NCBI GenBank assembly: GCA_021613535.1
Contig: CP075495.1
Span: forward strand, 14,384,001 to 14,448,000
DNA: 64,000 nt
From: Adineta vaga
Taxonomy: Eukaryota; Animalia; Rotifera
Reading direction: 5' to 3'
Made by a program: the position numbers and the translations under genes. Below are positions 62,026-64,000 of this stretch, in pieces. Position 1 is the first letter of the stretch. The number at the start of each line of letters is the position of its first letter. The notes under the pieces are model-generated. The model saw nothing but the letters and a program-made list of their open reading frames with translations, was not told where the DNA came from and made no database searches.

Positions 62026-62800
62026 CTAAATAAGAAAGATATTTAAATAACGTATCTTGTTGGAATTGGTGTTGTCTTTGTTAGATTGTTTAACCTACTG
62101 TTTATTATGGAAGTCATCGCACTATCTTCTTTAAAGCACCAATATTTAAAGCAAGAGTTTATAGCAAACAGATTGCCGTGTAAGAAACGCCGAGAGCAGA
62201 GACAGGAAGTAAACATATCATTATACCTTTTTATATTTACCTGTATGAATAACGATCGACTCTTCCCCAATATCTAGTCAGCTAAATGACTCATAGATTT
62301 TAGAAAGTGTATGAGTGAATACAGAGGTCGTCAATGATCATCAACCTATGTAGCATCTTAGATAGAATTTATTGAAATAGTTTTCTCCGAATTGCTGTCG
62401 AGATTCATTTCTTAAATCGTTGACTGTCGCTGCTCAACAATGTATTGCTATATTTCATTGAAATTATGATTGTTATTGCAATCTTTTCAATAAATGAATT
62501 TAGAAAAAAGACACATTGCAAGTTTACATGATTTTCTCATGGTTATTCCTATAGCTTGAATGTTGTTGATTGCGTGGCATTTTCATGTCATAAAATTCTG
62601 TCGTACAAAAAACGGGCGCCCTCTGCTGAATCCTTTTCTTGAATGGTTTTGTGTTGTTTCCTATCATTCCCTTGATTATTTTTCATCATGTCACGGTCAT
62701 TAAATAATTCTGTCAAATAAGAAATTCTGTTAATCTAAGTATTACTGCAATCTATGTGTTAGATTATCATCTTAATATTCAATCAATTTATGTTTTTTCA

Positions 62801-64000
62801 ATGAAAATTGTATCGATTTGTCAAACACTATTTTCACACGGCTTGCATTCTACTCTATATAATATTTCGTGTCGACAAAAATCATCCATATTTCAGAAAA
62901 TGATTCGTATTCAAAATACAGATGATTCTCCAGCTCCTCTCTCTACATTTACCATATTAACATATAATTGTCTTGCTTCAAATCTAGCTGAAAGTCAATA
63001 TTTTCCACATACAAATCCAATTCATCTGGAATTTTCTTATCGGTCGAAATTATTCGAACGTGAATTACAATCTTTCAATGCTGATATTGTTTGTTTACAA
63101 GAAATACATAGAGATAATTTTCATCAATGGCTTAGTCCATTTCTTGCTCAATTAGGTTATAGTGAAGGTATTTTTGCTGAACGTGGTGGTATCAAAGCAA
63201 AAGATGGTGTTGTCTTGTTCTTCAAACAAGATAAATTCAAACTAATAACTCATCATCGACTTGGTTATTTCGATAGTGCACAAGAACAATTTCCTAATCA
63301 AACAGCATTAGCAACATACAATGCTGCTCTTTTCTGTCTTCTTCAATTGCAAAATACAAAGGTAGAAATTAGAAAAAAAAAGTTCTTCTTCTTTCAAAAT
63401 AATTGTACTGTTTTCTTTTAGAAAGAAACAGCTAATAAAGAAGAACAACAACTATGGATATGTAATACTCATTTGAATTGGAATCATACATTACCAGCGA
63501 CTCAACTCTTTCAAATTCGTACACTTTTAAGTGAACTTTCTCGATTGAATAAACAAACGCATGATAGTCCATTTGTGATTGTTGGTGATTTTAATAGTAA
63601 ACGTGACTCAGCTGTACATGATTATATTCGAAATGGAGTTGTTGCAGATACTGCTGAATATTATTCAAAAGTTCATGATGTTTATTTACCATTATTTAAT
63701 AACGATACAACTAAAACAACACAATATCTCAATGAACCTCATGTATATAAGAAAGCATTGGAAAGTGCTTACAACGAAAAGAGATTTTCTATGCCATTTA
63801 CAACACGAATTAGAGATCATTTTTGTGGAACAATTGATTATATTTATTTTCAACAGAGTCGTATGCGTGTATTACAATTACTAAATGCATTGCATGACGA
63901 TGCTGAGCAAGCACTAAGGAATGATTTTACCTTACCTAATGAACAACATCCAAGTGATCATTTACCATTAATGGCTGAACTTGCTTTACTTCCAAAATCT
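62801..64000 (+). CDS. CCR4/nocturnin/PDE12/Angel-family EEP deadenylase-like protein, 3' end just outside the window (intron 63362-63421)
   Basis: FTILTYNCLA, ADIVCLQEI, DGVVLFFK, ICNTHLNW, VIVGDFNS, LESAY, GTIDYIYF, LPNEQHPSDHLPLMAEL. Confidence 0.9.

Overview
AT-rich, gene-dense eukaryotic (metazoan) DNA with many short GT-AG introns of about 47-75 nt. Intron style, gene content, probable foreign genes and TGAGGG/TGTGGG motifs point to a bdelloid rotifer (inference). The ORF track only catches exon fragments, so genes were assembled by hand. In order: polycystin-1-like (5' partial, +); 2-TM BK-beta-like protein (-); ornithine decarboxylase (+); SLC35A4 (-); FAM161 (-); DMRTA/dmrt99B-type factor (+); TXNL1 (-); Rab1 (-); ELAPOR/KIAA1324-like (-); stand-alone MOCS1A (-); tachykinin-like precursor (+); PqaA/AprA hydrolase (+); a young pseudogene (+); CLASRP (-); ZMYND12 (-); intronless PhoD-like phosphatase (+); secreted PLA2-like (-); SLC37/GlpT-type transporter (+), whose 6.9-kb last intron holds an antisense Crypton-derived (DUF3504/KIAA1958-like) gene; TFB1M (+); divergent CDK (+); orphan secreted protein; rhodopsin-like GPCR; unknown protein; intronless EEP hydrolase (-); zinc-finger/coiled-coil protein (-); CCR4/PDE12-like deadenylase (3' partial, +). 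The most interesting observations are: (1) the nested, apparently catalytically dead Crypton-derived gene with a NEK1-C-terminus-like tail; (2) four same-strand gene junctions of only 137-172 bp, each with an unpaired splice acceptor just before the downstream ATG (candidate trans-spliced operons); (3) MOCS1A without MOCS1B; (4) a splice-switchable uORF on ODC; (5) a telomere-repeat-like hairpin. Family assignments come from recalled motifs; no database searches were run.
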